Shown piece by piece: positions 1 to 15,500 of a stretch of DNA of 64,000 nucleotides. How positions within the stretch are numbered: position 1 is the stretch's first letter; each line of letters opens with the position of its first letter. The notes under the pieces are model-generated. The model searched no databases, was not told the DNA's origin, and saw nothing but the letters and a program-made list of their open reading frames with translations. Source of the DNA: Lama glama (Eukaryota); NCBI GenBank assembly GCA_028534125.1, contig CM052816.1, forward strand, positions 39,248,001-39,312,000, read 5' to 3'. Position numbers and translations under genes: made by a program.

Positions 1-368
1 TTTTCTCCTTAGTCTGAAAACCCTTCTCCCCTGGCACCATTTGATTCAATTGTGTCTACATTAATTTACCTGAAAATTTGTTAATTTTGCTTCTTAAAGT
101 AATGTTTCTCAGTTTTGTTCTATGTTTTCTAAATTTTGGTGTGGTTAATATTTCATAAATTTTCTTTAATAAAATATATTTTAATGTATTTATACATATA
201 GTATATATATATTTTTAATAATGTATTTAATTAGTATAGTTTAAGTATAGTCAAAATGAAGTGATTGGAAGAAATAAGGAAGGTTATGTTAGGCAAGTGT
301 AATTTATAAGATATTTAAATTATTAGCTAAATTTTGATAAATTCACAATTTAATTTTTTTCCACAAAG

Positions 369-551
369 ATACTTGCGTAACACCAAAGAATAGAACCAGT
401 TGTACCACTTCAAGTTCTTCACTTTTCAACTACTTGTATGTCTTTATTTTGGGACAACTGTTGCTGGGAGTAGGAGGAACTCCTCTGTATACTCTGGGAA
501 CAGCCTTCATTGATGATTCTGTGCCCACACACAAATCTTCTCTCTATATAG
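369..551 (+). CDS. SLCO4C1: SLCO4C1 exon (~exon 3), 183 nt
   Basis: ttttccacaaag|AT..ATAG|gtaagt; [53 protein letters not shown]. Confidence 0.95.
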
Positions 552-3500
552 GTAAGTTTGCTCTCCAGTGTAAATGTCTCAGTATCATTTCATCTTGTTG
601 CATGTTTAATTCATAAGTAAAGCATAACATATGCTTATTAAAAAGTTAGTTGTGATTTCATAGGTATTTACATTAGATAAATACAATATTACTTTTTTGC
701 TTAATTATATACTGATGTATCATGATAAATCCAGTTATGATTTTTATTGACATCCTGCTTTATTTCCTGGGCTGGAAATGCCAGCCTTCCTGGAGGTGCC
801 ATCCAAGCAGTAGGCTGTCTAGATTGCTTGAATGAAGGCGGGCTACTTTATACAGGTGTGGAGATAAGAGCTCTGCCATCCTGCATGACTTACTTCATCC
901 TCCATGGGCTTGACTAGAGTCAACAAAAGAAACCACAAAATAGTACTCAGAAGCTCCTGTGCAGTTTTCCATTTCAGATTAATGCTTTTTATTTGTGACT
1001 CGATTTTTTTCCTTTGTGATCTAATTTTTAGCAGCACAAGTTTCTCTTAAATTCCATCCCTGAGGTTCCTGGAAGGGAGTGCTGACTAGACAATGCATGA
1101 CCCTACATCCAATTGATGCATAATTTATTTGCACATGAGTTTTCACTTTATCAGTCTATTATTCTAATGTAGGGGACTGTCTTAGTCCATTTGGACTGCT
1201 ATAACAGATTATCAAACACAGATTGGCTAATAAACAAGAGAAATTTATTTCTCACAATCCTGGAGGCTGGGAAGGGGAAGATGAGGGTGCCCACAGACTC
1301 ATTATCTGGTGAGGTCCCACTTCCTCGTTCACAGATAGCTGTCTTTTTGCTGTGACAGAAGGGACAAGGGAGCTCTCTGAGGCCTCCTCGTTAAGGGCAT
1401 TAATCCCATTTATGAGGGCTCCATTTTTATGACCTAATCCCTTCCCAAAGGCCACACCTCCAAATAGCATCACATTGGGGGTTAGATTTCAGCATATGAA
1501 TTTTGGGGTGACACAACATTCAGTCTCTATAGTCACTGGAAGTCAAGTGTGTTCAGTGCAGCCCTGATAGAACTAACTCTCCTTAGGCTCATCCCCAGTA
1601 AGGAAACCACTATATGTCAACCTGTTTTCTCTCCGTACTTTGCTTTGGTCTCTCCACAAGATCTGATGCTCTCTCTCTACAAGTTCTGGCTAATCTGTAC
1701 AACTTCTGCATTTACTCATTTAACAATGCTTTTATTTCAGTTAGCTAATAGTGGTGTTTTTCACTCTTCTGATTCACAGATATTCTTCCTGAGGTCCTCT
1801 CCTGATCAATATTTCTCATATGACAGTTTCAATCTTTATATTTTAGTAACACACAAAAATAGGAAGTTTTTCAAAAACTAAGCATGGCAGGGGGGTTGCA
1901 GACCCATGAGACCATCCCAGATTTGATATTCTCTAGGACTGACAGTTCTCAGGGCTATGGTTTATTACAGCAAAAGGATACAAAGAAAAATCAGCAAAGG
2001 GGAACGTTGCATGAGGTGAAGTACAGACAGAACCAAGTGCAAGCTTCCAAGGGTCCACTCCCTCCCAGTGGACCATACAGGTAGAATTGATTCCTCCAGT
2101 CAGGACTTCCGACAACATGTATGAAATGTTTTCTACCAGCTAAATTCATTAGAGAGTCAATGCTCAGGGATTTTATTGGGAGTTGATCATATAGGAACCC
2201 TCTGCCTTAACATTTGCAAAGCTGTAGACTCTCAGAAGGAATACAGGTGTTCAACAAAACCACACTGTTTTTATGAACAGCTTCAGCACAATGAGCCACC
2301 TCTATTAGTTAGGGAATGGTGGCATCCCTCTGGACATTTAAGATCCCAGATGCCAAACAAGGGCCAGCCTTTCATAAGTCTTTCTAAAGATGGAAGCCAC
2401 AAGCCTGCTGTGTTAACGTTTTCTTGTATTTTAAAAATTCATCAAATGGTAATTTTTGAGAGTAAAGGAAAAAACAAAAGTAACAAAACTGGGAAACTTA
2501 CTTTTTTTCAATTTCAGAAAACTGATACCTTTCATTGGATAACTATGTTTTGTTGAATGAGATCTTTCCTTTCTTATGCTGTTTATATTTGAACATTTCC
2601 CCATTTCCAAGACCTTCTTCCATTCTTTCTTTTAAAATAGTATCTATTACTGTTGGCAGACTTTCTTCTGTGTGAAACGCATTTTATGCATAGCAAGACA
2701 AAAATGGGCAAAATAGAAACAGTCAAAATTTGCTCCCTATTGGAATGAAGGAAAAAAAGTGTTTAACACAGCGTCTCGAGCCTCACAACCTTCCCTGTGC
2801 CATTCACTCTTCATGTCTTTGTCTTTAATGCTTTTCTTGGATTTACAATCTTTGCCCTTAAATTGAACTTTTAAATTCGTTTAATGTTATTTTTTTCTTT
2901 AAATTTTTCATCTTAATATGTGCTTCTTATTTGCCCTTTGTTCTTCTTTCTTGCCCTTTTATTCTTTTTGATAATTTAATATTTATTTTTCATTTTTCCC
3001 CTCTATTAACTTCCTAGGTGTATGCTCTTTTACTGTTCCTCTACTAATTACCTTACATGCAAACTTGATTTTATGAAATTCTAGTGTTAATTGATACTTT
3101 TACCACGTTCCTGATCATCACAAAGGTTTTAGAACCATTTAACTTTATTTATTCCTTTCCCAACATTTATTCAATTATTTCTGTGTACTGTAATACCTTA
3201 TATATGCATATTCCTGAAATAAAGTATTATTAATGTTTTGCTTAAAAATAATGATCCATTTTTGTCAACATGTTTATCTTTTTTATTGCTCTTCTTTCTT
3301 TGGCAACTCTTGAGTTTCAATCTGGGATCGTTTTCCTTTAACTTGAAGAGCAGTCTTGAGTTAATTTACTGGAACAGTCTGCTCATGATGAATTCTCTTA
3401 GTATTTTTGTCTAAAAATGATTTTTTTTTTACCCTCTCCCCTAATGAATATTCTCATTGGGAATAGATGACTATTTGGCCATTAATTTCCTTTCAGTACT

Positions 3501-6500
3501 TTAAAAGTACTGTTCCACTGCCTTTACTTCCACTGTTTCTTATGTGTGTTTGCGATTTTTAATATTCTTTTCTTCTTGCGTTTGACTTTCATTAGTTTTA
3601 TTCATTACGGGTGTATAGGTGCAAAGTTCCTTTTATCTAATTTTGGATTTAAATGACTTCATGAGTATGTTGCTTAATATTTTTCACTAGTTTGGAGATA
3701 TTTCCTATGATTATTAACATAACTCCTGCCCTATTATGTCCTCTCCTGGGACTCTAATTATTCCACTTACATGCATTCTAGGTCTTTTTAAAAAATAAAA
3801 AAAGTATTCTTTGCCTCTTATTCTTTTTTCTGTATTTTATATCTTTTTTTCTGTGCTCCTTCATAAATATTTACTGATTTAATAATGTATTTTCCAGTTT
3901 AGTAATACTCAGTTCAGTTTTGAATAATCTTGTGTGGATCTATTTCATTTTAGTTTTAACAAATATATTTTATAGTTCTAGAATTTTTTTTTCACTCTAT
4001 GTGTCTTTAAACTTTCCAGTCTTCATCCTACTTGGGGACACTGCAACCTGAGATGCCTTTTATTTAATTTCAGGGATTGAGTTTATTTGAAGCTAAGCTG
4101 TACGTACTCTGTGACTCAGTCTACTTCTAACCCAAACTTACTTTTAGAGTAGAGTCTCCTAGGCCAGGAAGCGTTTACAAGATACACTCCCTGAACTTTT
4201 GTTTCTCTTCTTGAGACAAAGAGTACAGGACAGTTTGCCCCCTCATTGCCTCTTGTAGAATCAGTCAGTGTACTCAGGAAAAAAGTCAGGCCCAGTATTT
4301 GTTGAATATCTCTCTTCTACAGAATCTTAACTCAGTGATACTTCATTATTTTTATCTTGTTGCCTTCGAGCATATATTTTAAAGTAATTTTTATAGTTTT
4401 TAAAAGTTTTTCTCAGTGGGCAGTTTGGTTGGAAACACTAGTCTACCATAGTCCATCCACTGTTGCCAGAATTTTAGATTTTGGTGTCATATCAAATTCA
4501 CCTTTCATCAATTGAAAACTTTAAGTTTTTTGCTTGCTGGATATATTTCTTTCATGAACTTATTTGTGAACATATGCAAAGCAGTCTCTGTTGCTAACTG
4601 TGGAATAATTGCTGAGCACTGGAGAAAGCAGGTGATCTAGACAGTGCTACTCAGTGTGTATCCCACATATCCACGACAGTATGCAAGAAGTCAAAACATA
4701 AAAATAAACTTAGAAACTTTTATAGCAGTTTTATACTTCCACAGAACTTTTAAGGTATCCTTACAAATGTATCAGTTCAAACCCAGTTGGAAGTAATTTA
4801 AAAAAAATTTGGAAATCACTGACTTTCAGCATGTTTAATTGTGTACTTTAACCCATGAAAATTTTTGAGCATGAATTGTGTATATATATATATACACACA
4901 CATGTATATATAGTTATTTATGATATGTGTGTATATATATATATATACTTTAACATTTTCTATTAATACAGTTTTTATACTTTAAAATATAGATCTAATA
5001 TAAATTAGGGTAGTTGATAGATAAGTAAAAGTTCTTATATGTTTTCAGATCATCTTGTGTGACCTCTGCTTTGGAGACTTGGTCTAGTACATAAGTCATT
5101 TTGCCATTGATATATGCTTGGCCCTATGTATGATATGCTCCTTTTCTTTCTTGTATGAGAGTGAGAATCTCAGTAGTTAATAAAAAAAATTCAGAAGGTG
5201 GTAATATACAAGGATACTGATGTGTGCATAATTTTTTTACAAAAATTAAAAAGTTATATATGGCAACATTTTAAATATCTGAGAGAAATAAGGTCAGTTT
5301 AATTCTGCTGCAAATAAAAATGGGAGATTCACTAAGGGCAAGAGTTTACATTAATGGTTTGCTTTGAAGAAACAGACTTTGTCCAGATCCAGGTTTTAAA
5401 TCAGCTGCCATAGTCCAAAATAAAGTATGCCTTTGGAGTGTGCACAGAGTGGAAAAGGCTTCTCATTTCACATTGTTTCTTCCATAAGAATTGTAGCTAA
5501 CAATTATTATCACTATTCTCAAAGGGTAATAGTAGATGTACTAACTACCCCTACTGCCAGTTAACATGATAAAACTTTCCATGGATTTGTAATTACTGAA
5601 TTTATTGAAATCAAAGAGAGTCTAAATATAGTCTAAAATGTTCTATGTTGAATTATATATTTTAAGCTCCTTGACTTGATAAGTGATATCACTCAGATGG
5701 TTTTTTTTTTAGTGAAAATGTGTGTAATTTTGATGTAATTCTAATCATTTCATTTTTCTACCATAAAATATTTGTCTTTCTTCACTTGTCAGACTTTCAA
5801 AGCAAAGTTGCACAAATAACCATTTTCAATGTCTTTGTTCTTCTAGGAATTGGATATTCCATGTCAGTATTAGGCCCTGCTGTTGGCTATGTGTTGGGAG
5901 GACAGTTGCTAACCATGTACATTGATGTTGATTTGGGACAAAGGCAAGGAAATATCTATTTTTCTTTTGTTTAAATTTATATTATTTTAATCATGTTTGT
6001 ATCATGGAACATTTTTTATGGTATTTCCTCGGAATATCATGAGGGATTTTTCAGGAAATAAAACTGAATACACACAATTTTTATGTAATATTTTGGCTGC
6101 ATTGCTTCATGAATTAATGCCATATCATCTCTTGGTATGATACATCTATTCATCCATAAGGATGCTTGATAGTTACCTGGTGAAATTTTCCAAAAAAGCA
6201 CCTAAGAGTGCATGCATTGTGCAAAAAGAATAATGTAATTGAAATTAGTTATGTTTTCGGTAGGCTCATCTGGAGGTGGAGAGCTTGAAGAGTGTCAAGA
6301 GTCTGTGATTCTCAGACTGAGTTCTGTGATATCTCTGATAATGTCATAGAGGTCATAGTTATTCAGTTTTAACAACATTGGCAATGGGGGGTAATAATAG
6401 GTAATGTTTATCCATTCCATACCAGACAACGTAGGTTTTGTGTGTAACCTTATTTTATATGTCATCGTATTTAATCCTCTTAATAATCTTACGAAATTGT

Positions 6501-9500
6501 TGATATATGGAACTTGGTAAATAGCCAAGGCATGAATTACAGTTTTTTTGGGTTTTTTTTTTTTTTTTTACTCCAAACTGCTTCTGTCACTCACTGAATT
6601 ATCTTCTCCTTTTCCTGAATGGAGAAGTTGGTGACCTTTGGTTAGCCCATATTTTCTCATATAACTGTAATTGTACAAGCCTTTGCGTGACTGTGAACAA
6701 TGAATAAGAAAATACGATCATGATGTGTCATTTGTTCTGTAGCTGTTAGTCCCAGGTTAATCTTTTAGAGACTAGATCAATCTTTTAGAGACCATAGGGT
6801 AATAAGAAAAAATTCAGAAGGTGGTACTACACAAGGATACTTACGTAAGTAGTCCTAGGGTGATCTTTTAGGGACTGTATAAAAAGGTGTTCAGAAGAAG
6901 CTCATGAGCAGAGAGCAGGGTTTTTAAGACAAAACGTTTTAATTTCAGTGGAGAATTACATGAGTTGTAGGAGTGATGTGTTCTGGGGAAGAGCCTGTAG
7001 ATAGAAAAATATGAGAACCATTATAAGAAACTTTTCATATGTATCACTTTAAGAAGAATTTTACATTTAAATGAATGCCATAATTGAAGTACAGTGAATG
7101 CGCTTTTAGCAAAAATCAGTGATTTGCTATGAGATGTATTTCGTATAATAGAAAAGAAAAATTTAGCCAAAGTTAGATAATGAATGTTCAGAAATTCCAT
7201 GTATGCTTTCAAATAGAAACATACTTAACATTTACTATTAAATATTTAAAACTTTTTAGATAAACAAGATGGTACTGTGTAGCACAGGGAAATATATACA
7301 GGATCTTGTGGTGGCTCACAGTGAAAGAGAATGTGACAATGTATGTATGTTCATGTATAACTGAAAAATTGTGCTCTACACTGGAATTTGACACAACATT
7401 GTAGAATGACTATAACTCAATAAAAAATGTTTAAAAATAAAAAAAAGAATTATGAACCCCCCCCCAAAAAAACCCAAAAAACAAAAAACTTTTATGTCAT
7501 ACTTGCCCTTTGGAATACTCTGTAAACTCTTATTCTTAGGGCTCTCATTTATGCCTGCTCTCAGTTGTGGTTTAGCACAATGACTCCACTTAAAATTTTG
7601 GATATTATAATTATGTTTCTCTCTATATCCATTTGAATTATAAATTATATAATTAGTTTAATGACAAGATAGAGTTGACATTTACCTCTTGTTTTTCTGT
7701 CACAGCACTGATATCACTGAGGACGACCCACGATGGTTGGGGGCGTGGTGGATTGGATTTCTTATGTCTTGGTTCCTTGCTTGGTCTTTGATAATACCTT
7801 TTTCTTGCTTTCCAAAGCATTTACCAGGTAAAAATGTTTTCTTTAAAACAAGGTTTATTCCAAGTCTAGGCCAAGTGTTGCTTTCTATATGTTTAATAAG
7901 AACCCTAGAAAAGTCACTGTTTATTTTATAGAATCTCAGTTGTCTGCCTATGCAAACTTTTGAATAGCTGTCTTTATTTTAGGAAATACTGGGTAGCAAA
8001 CTTAATGTTCACGGTTTCTTTTCTTTTAACACCCAGTAAAACTGCACATATTCACCTCTTTTTTAAATACTTACTGTATTGGTATTTTATGTGTTATCTG
8101 GAACCCTGCTTTATGTTCATGAAAGATACAGTGTCTTTTAAACTATTAGTGTATATCCAGTAACTTCAAGAGCCAATCTCCTTTTATTAATGTTAATTAT
8201 TTGTTAATGATAGTACAAGTACTTTTTCTTCAGTTGTCACCAAAGTCATGCTATAGTATACTTATATTTTTTACCACATTTCAGAATGAACAATCTGTCC
8301 AAAAAGAAAAGGTTCGTAGAAAAGAATATCCATTCCTTTCTCTGTGAGATTTTACTTCCGTATACTCATGTGGTTCAAATACATATCTATAGAAATATTT
8401 TTTTCTAGGCTGAAGGCATTTAGTTATTTGTGTTGTTATACGTAACACGATAGATGATTAACTTTTGGAGGTGGGCAAAGAAAAGTAGGCAGGGTAGAGG
8501 TACGTAGACTCATTGATTTCTTTCTATCCTGGACCCTCCAATTTAGAATTCCACATATTTACTACTTTCTCAGATGTATTCACAGTACCATTATTAAACA
8601 TTAAATGACATGGTAGTAAACAGTAAACACTATTTTATCTATAAAGCATGTTAGAATTAGAGTAAAAGAAAAAAGCTTTAAACATGCTTTATTTATTACA
8701 TAAAAGATGAGAAAGAACCATTTGAAAGGAAGAAAAAATTTAGAGAGAGTGTAAATAAGGAGAACAAATAAGTGATTAGCATAAACTGTCTCAATTTTTA
8801 GACTGGTTGGAACTTCCTTAGCTAGTGGTAATAATGCTAGCTCTTAAAACAGCCAGATTACAGTCATAGATATTCATACAGATTTGTTGACAAAAAGAGG
8901 AACTGGTTTCTTGTGTTATGGAATTTATATACTTGTATAAATAAGTGTGAAATAAAGTGAGCATTTTTTAAAATGAAGAATGAAGTGATTGAGTGAGTAA
9001 ATGAAGTGTACCATTTTTTAAGGTACGGCAGAAATTCAAGATGGAAAAACTTCCCAGACTCATCAGAGTAATTCCTTACAAAATACAGATGGGAATTTTG
9101 GACAAAGTTTTAAAGATTTTCCAGCTGCTCTAAAGGTAAAATAACACTGCACACACACACCATACACACATACATATGTAGAGATATGTATATATTACAA
9201 ATAAATTAACACATACATACATACACACAAATATTATCATAATGCACTCGTATTTGCTTATTTACTATAGTTCTAGCTCTTGTAAAAATCTCTTCAGATT
9301 TAATTTTATTATGCTTTGAATAAATGAAAACTATCCCATAGTAGAATGGTTGGAAGAACCTGAGTTTCCTAATTGACAGTATCAGTTTTCAGGGGTTCCT
9401 CATTAGCACTGCAGCCCATTATCCCATGTCATTTCCCTTATGTAATGGGTTGACCAGTTATCACTGAATTGTAAATTTATTTTTGGGAATGCCAAAATAG

Positions 9501-12500
9501 TATTTGTCCCTTGTGGAAGAAGTGGTTGTTAGTGGTTGCTTGTTTTGAATTTGAGGTTAAAGAAACAAAAGTGTTATGATCTCTTTTATTGAACTCAGCA
9601 GAAAAGTATTCTATCTATTTAGCATCATGAAAGTTTTATACATAAGGGAGTTTATAATTTTACCTTTCAAGATTTGAAATCATTTACTTTTCATGACTTT
9701 TTTGCATCTCTCATGAAAGCCTTAAAGTGTTTTTATGCCATTCATCCCACCTTGTAACTCTCCTTCCTCCTTTCCCCTACAGGCACATTCTTGTGTTTTG
9801 CGAATATTGTTCATAATTTTAAATTTCAAGTATTATTATTTTCTTTTAGAGCAGTTCTGTTTCATATATTTCTATTTAATTTATTTTATAAATTCTTATA
9901 TATATGTATGTGTGTGTGTGTGTACATACAAAACCATCAAGAGTCGTTACTCACCATAGCTTTTTTTATCCTCATGTTCTCATGCTTTGAGATCTCAATT
10001 CTGATTCAGATTTCTGTGTATATAACATTTTATTGCTGGTTTTTCTCAGATAGGATGGTATCTAAGTACCCTTGAATGTCAAGATGATATCTCTGACTGG
10101 ATGAGTACTTTTAGATCATACTCCTTTAGTTCCAGTAGTCTGTGGGTGTTGTTTTGCTCTTTTCTAGTTAAATATGTTGCAATTGAGAAGTTCCATGTTA
10201 ATGTGATTCTTATTCTTTCTATCTGCAAATTTGTAAAATTTTTCAATTTATCTTTGATTTCAGGAAATTTACTAGGATATTCCTAAGTATGTATCTTTTT
10301 TCACTAATCCTTACTAGGAGTCCAATATCTTTTTCAATCTGAAAACTTAAATATTTTCTACTCATTATTTTTTTAAATTATTGCATGTTTTTGTTAACGT
10401 ATCTTTTACTTTTGTAGTATTGTTATTATGTTAGATCATCTGGCTCTGACTTCTAAATCTCTTATCTTGCCTTTTTGTGACTCTACTGTGTGTGTGTGTG
10501 TGTGTGTGTGTGCTTTGCTTGGTTTTATGAAATTTTTTTGCACTGAATATTTCAGAACTACATTTAATGGGTTTTCACTTTACGGTTAAATATAATAAAA
10601 TAACTGAATCTTTATATTTGCCCTCTGATAGGTTAATAAGATTCCGAGAACTCCAGCAATACAGACTCTTATTTAAAATTGCTGAGTTGTATACCTATCC
10701 AAGTTTCTTAACTACTGAGTCCTTTACTCATGAAACAATACTGCAAGTTTGATACTTAGAGACCATTCTTATCTTTGCTCACAGTCTGTTCTTCATTTAT
10801 TGGACACAGGAATTCAGAACACAATAAAAAAAATCAAATAAGGGGTAGATTTATTGAATGGAGATTTACAGTACGACTGGGGAAGAGAACTTTCCAGTCC
10901 AGCTTTTACCTCCTTTCCCTAGTCCCTTGCATATGATCAAGGCACATTCAGTAGATCAATCATCTGTCAATTCTCTAGGTGCTCAATGTATGAATGTTCT
11001 CAACACTGTATGCATATAAAGCTATTAATAATCAATATTTATACCTTTGTGCTAGAGGAAATGCTGAAATTTTACAGATAATTATATTGTATTTATTTAA
11101 GATTTGCTGTTTCATCATGCTACCTACCTTCTAATGGTGCATTTTGCAGTATAATCATAGTTATTCATTTGGTGAACTGTATTTTTTCTTTAGAATTTGA
11201 TGAGGAATACTGTCTTTATGTGTTTAGTTCTATCAACTTGTTCAGAAGCCTTAGTTACTACTGGATTTGCTACATTTTTACCTAAATTTATAGAAAATCA
11301 ATTTGGATTGTCTTCTAGCTCTGCAGCTACCCTTGGAGGTAAACAGTTTTCTTTTTTCTAACTTAATCTAATAATTTTACTTGACCACATTGGATGTTTA
11401 TTAAAATAGTATATAATTTTTGATAGCCCACTCCTAGAAGTTTAAATTTTATACTGTGTTTGATAAAAGCTCCCAGTTTTCTGACATTAGACAATCTGTT
11501 GTGTGGACTTGAGAGGTACAGAGGCTATACATAGAGTTAAAGAGAATATATCTTAATCTTAATATTCAAGGCATTAATTGTATTAATCTCTTACTTAATA
11601 TAAGTTATTTCCTCATATGCTTCTAAATCACGTGAATGCTTTCATGCGTTAAAACCATATTGATACTTGTTTTTGATGCTTTCCAGTTGTTGGTATAAAT
11701 TACTGAGTACACTTGTGTGTTTTCTTACTGTGTCTTCTTTCTCATTAGGGGCTGTTTTAGTTCCTGGAGCTGCTCTTGGTCAGATTCTAGGTGGTGTCCT
11801 TGTTTCGAAATTCAAAATGACGTGTAAAAACATAATGAAGTTTGCTTTGCTCACATCCGTAATTGCACTTATGCTGAGTTTTGTATTTCTTTATGCCAAC
11901 TGTGAAAATGAGCCATTTGCGGGTGTGTCTGAATCATATAATAGGTAAGTATATTTTACTGCTTTTTGATATTAGTATCAGAGCAATAAACTACGTGGAT
12001 ATTTCCAAGTGTGTACTTTCTTAAATAAAATGATGAGACATTGGCTTCTTTTTTTAACTGGAAGGCTGCTTTTTCCTATATAAGACTATGTAGTTTTTAT
12101 TTTTAGTTTCAATAATTGAAATCATATTAAAAGTTGAGTATTTTTTTAGACAGCATTTAAGAAACAGCTATTCTGTATTGAGTACTATGCTCAAGGATAC
12201 AAAGATTAATATTACAGAATCTTTGTCCATAATGGATTCAATATCCTAGAAAGAATTTCACATTATATGTTTCTATTGATTTAAATTTTAAAACTCCCTA
12301 TGGTGAGTTCTTTTCTTATTGAAATTAGACTAGGAGAGAAATTAAAATGAAGCTAGTACTAGGTGATACTAATCATTGTAGTTACTTTAGAAGTTCATGT
12401 ATATTGCAGAGAAATAAATAACTTGTTGTTCTGACCTGTAGACATGTTTCCATCTATAACTGGTTTGACCATATTACCTTTCTTTGCCTTGTCTGTTTTG

Positions 12501-15500
12501 CTTTGAAACCCTAGCTACAAGCTGGGGATCAGGCAGGAGGGCGTTGCCCAGCGGTGGGTTGTTTAGCCCACAGTACTGCTTTGTTTCAATAGGTGTGTTT
12601 GAGGCTCCTGAGGGAGATGGTGCACCAGGTCAGGGACTCCATAATCAGAAGGGAAGGAAAGTGGGACAGTGTCAGTTTCAGGTGCCTGTGGTGGTTGGTC
12701 ATCAAGAAATACCAAGCTCTGTGACACAGAAATAGTGCTTAATTACATACACATTCTTAGCGATGGAAAAAAACTGAAAGTGAATATACACACATACATA
12801 CTCATATTCACACACACACGGCATGTGTGTGAGTAGATGTGTGCAGATATAAGTACAGAGGTAAATCTTAAAGTCACAGTGAAAGGCTGTGGCCCCAAAA
12901 TCTTAATTTTAGCTCTGTACTCTGCATATTTAAATGTCCATATCATGGGCAGCTTAGTCATAATAGCCTTATGCAAAACACATGTAGGAGGAAAAATTAC
13001 GTGGAAAGAACAGAATAAAGAGCTCAAGAAAAACCTCTTTAGTGAATGGGAGGAAGAAGAGGGTATGAGAATACAGGGTTTCTAGCAGAGTGGTGCAAAG
13101 TCTTTGCCCTTTGCTGTGTAATAGTAGGTGGTTAAAAAGAGTTTTTGTCACTCTGAATTAATGAGTTAGGCTTATTAATAAGTTCATTTAAAGCCCTGTT
13201 TAACAGTATATACTGAAAGTTTAAGATCAGTAATACTGATTATTTCAGAAGATATTTTTAATATAATATTTAAAATGAATTTGTCATGAAATGTTTAATA
13301 CAAGCACAACACTAAATTCGGTTGAAAGGAGATTGTCAAGTGTATTTCTAGAGCTCTATTAGTTATTAAAATTTCCCTTTGTCCTTATATTGCCTAGATA
13401 ATCTATAGGATCTCTGGTCTGTTTTGGTAATCAGTATTGGCAATGGTGATTTGTGTTTTACTTTATACTTAGTAAATACACATATTTTTTTTCCTCTGTC
13501 TGGCCTGTAGCTAGAATTTCATTGCTTACCTGAAACAGCGCCTTAAAGAGGCGTATCTATCAAAGAGTTGCAGAAGATTTAGGGAACTCTGATTATTATA
13601 GAGGCATAATTATAGAATAACAACTAATTAATTAATGTGTTAATTCTACTATCTGTGATAAACTTGTTTCTTATGTGTACATATATGTATGTATAAGCAC
13701 ATACATATATGTGTATTTTTTAATATTTAAAATACATTTTGCCTATATTCAAGTAATATATATTTAAATATATATATATTTTTAAAAATTTTTTAGAATA
13801 ACATGAGTAATTAAGAAAATTTAGTAAACTTCACAAGTTTTGGCTATTTTCTGAATAATCATTTCCCCTTTACCTCATGAAATAAATCTTTATAAAATAT
13901 ATAGACTAAAGTGACGGGCCCTTGACAGTAAAGAATCTATACTCTATTTCTTTGTTTCTACTGTAGTTTCCATCATACTGTCCTAAAGTTTCATGTTCTC
14001 AGTAATCATTTATCAGTGATAGAATTTATATGTTGGAAAATTTAATTTAAAAATTACCGTGTAGAGGCTGTTTCTAGAGTTGCTGGGGTAGATCTTCTGC
14101 CAGCTTATTTCTATGTCCTAATTGTAAACTGGTTGTGGGCGGAGAGTGTAATGCTTGCTTTTGTGAATGGGAATCATGCTTGATTAAAAAACCTAGCAGC
14201 AGCCTGTGGAATGTGTTCAAAGTAGGAAAGACTCCAGGCAGAGTGACGAATTACTTAAAATTTACTCTTTGATACCCTTTCCCTTCAAACTCCCCACTGG
14301 TTTATTTCTAGTTTGTTTTCTGTCCTTCTCTTTGATCTGTTTCCTTCATGAGCTTCTTGTTCTCCATCTACTCCTTAAGTATCATCATTTTGCAGCATAG
14401 CAATTGTTCTCTCTAATATTTAGATAAATCACTCATTTACTTTTTTTGATCCCCAGTGCAAGCGATTTAGCTTCATGGCTACTGGGAATGTTGTTCCTCC
14501 CTTCCTCTTCTCCTCCCACCCCCCCCCCAGCTCCTTCCCTTCCCCCTTCCTTCTTCCTTGCTTGCTCTTCCTTCTTCCGTTCCTCTGTCTTTATCTCTAT
14601 CGCTTTATTTATTTTAGATATATTTCCACCACTTTGAGTCCAGCACGTAACTGGAGCTCATTACGTATTCATGAAATAAATGAACTCCCAGGACCTCTCT
14701 GTCCTCTTCTCACTCTATGCTCCTTATATGGTTGAGCTTATCATTCTTATGGTTTCAGCTACATCTGTGTGCAAATGCGCATTAAGATATCAGGCTCCAG
14801 GCCAGATTCCTTCACCACATTTGAGATTCTTAATCTCAGTATGTATAAAACCATACCCATTCTCTCTTCCCCAAAACTAGTTCTTCTCTACCAAAATGCC
14901 AAGTTAGACACTAGTCAACCAAACACCAGATCATACTGATTCTACATCCAAAATATTTCTCAAGTCTATTTTCTCTCCTGAGATGCTCTCTTTTAGTTCT
15001 CCTAGACATTACCATAACCTATTGCCTGGTGTATTATAACTGGTCCCCTTTCTTCAAATTCAAACTCTGTACAACTCCTAGGATTATTTCTTTAAAATGT
15101 GCTTTGACAATGTCACTTTTCTGTCTAAAAATATTTGATTACCTTTTCAAAATAAGTTAAAGCCCATGGCTTTTAACGAAGCCCATGAGGCCCTCAATAA
15201 TCTGGTCCCTGACTCTTTTCCGATTACATTTCCTGTCTACCTCTGCCTCAGACATCATTCACATTTCTCCATATAGAATGCTCTTGCTCACCTTTATGCC
15301 TTTTTCCTGCTTCTCTGAAGTACCCTTCGCCGCCTCCATTTACCCAGCTGACTCGTACTCATCCTTTAAGTCTCATCTCAGGCAGTAGCTCCTTCAGACC
15401 CTTTTATTTAAACTTTGGCTTATTTTAAGTGTCACTCCTCAGTGCAGGTATCTAAAATACACCTCGTTGACATCTCTAACCACACTCACCATATTCCTGT

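Noticed and set aside
2176..2556. 126-aa ORF
   Set aside because: Lies mostly within a MER21-like LTR; no recognisable domain or splice context.
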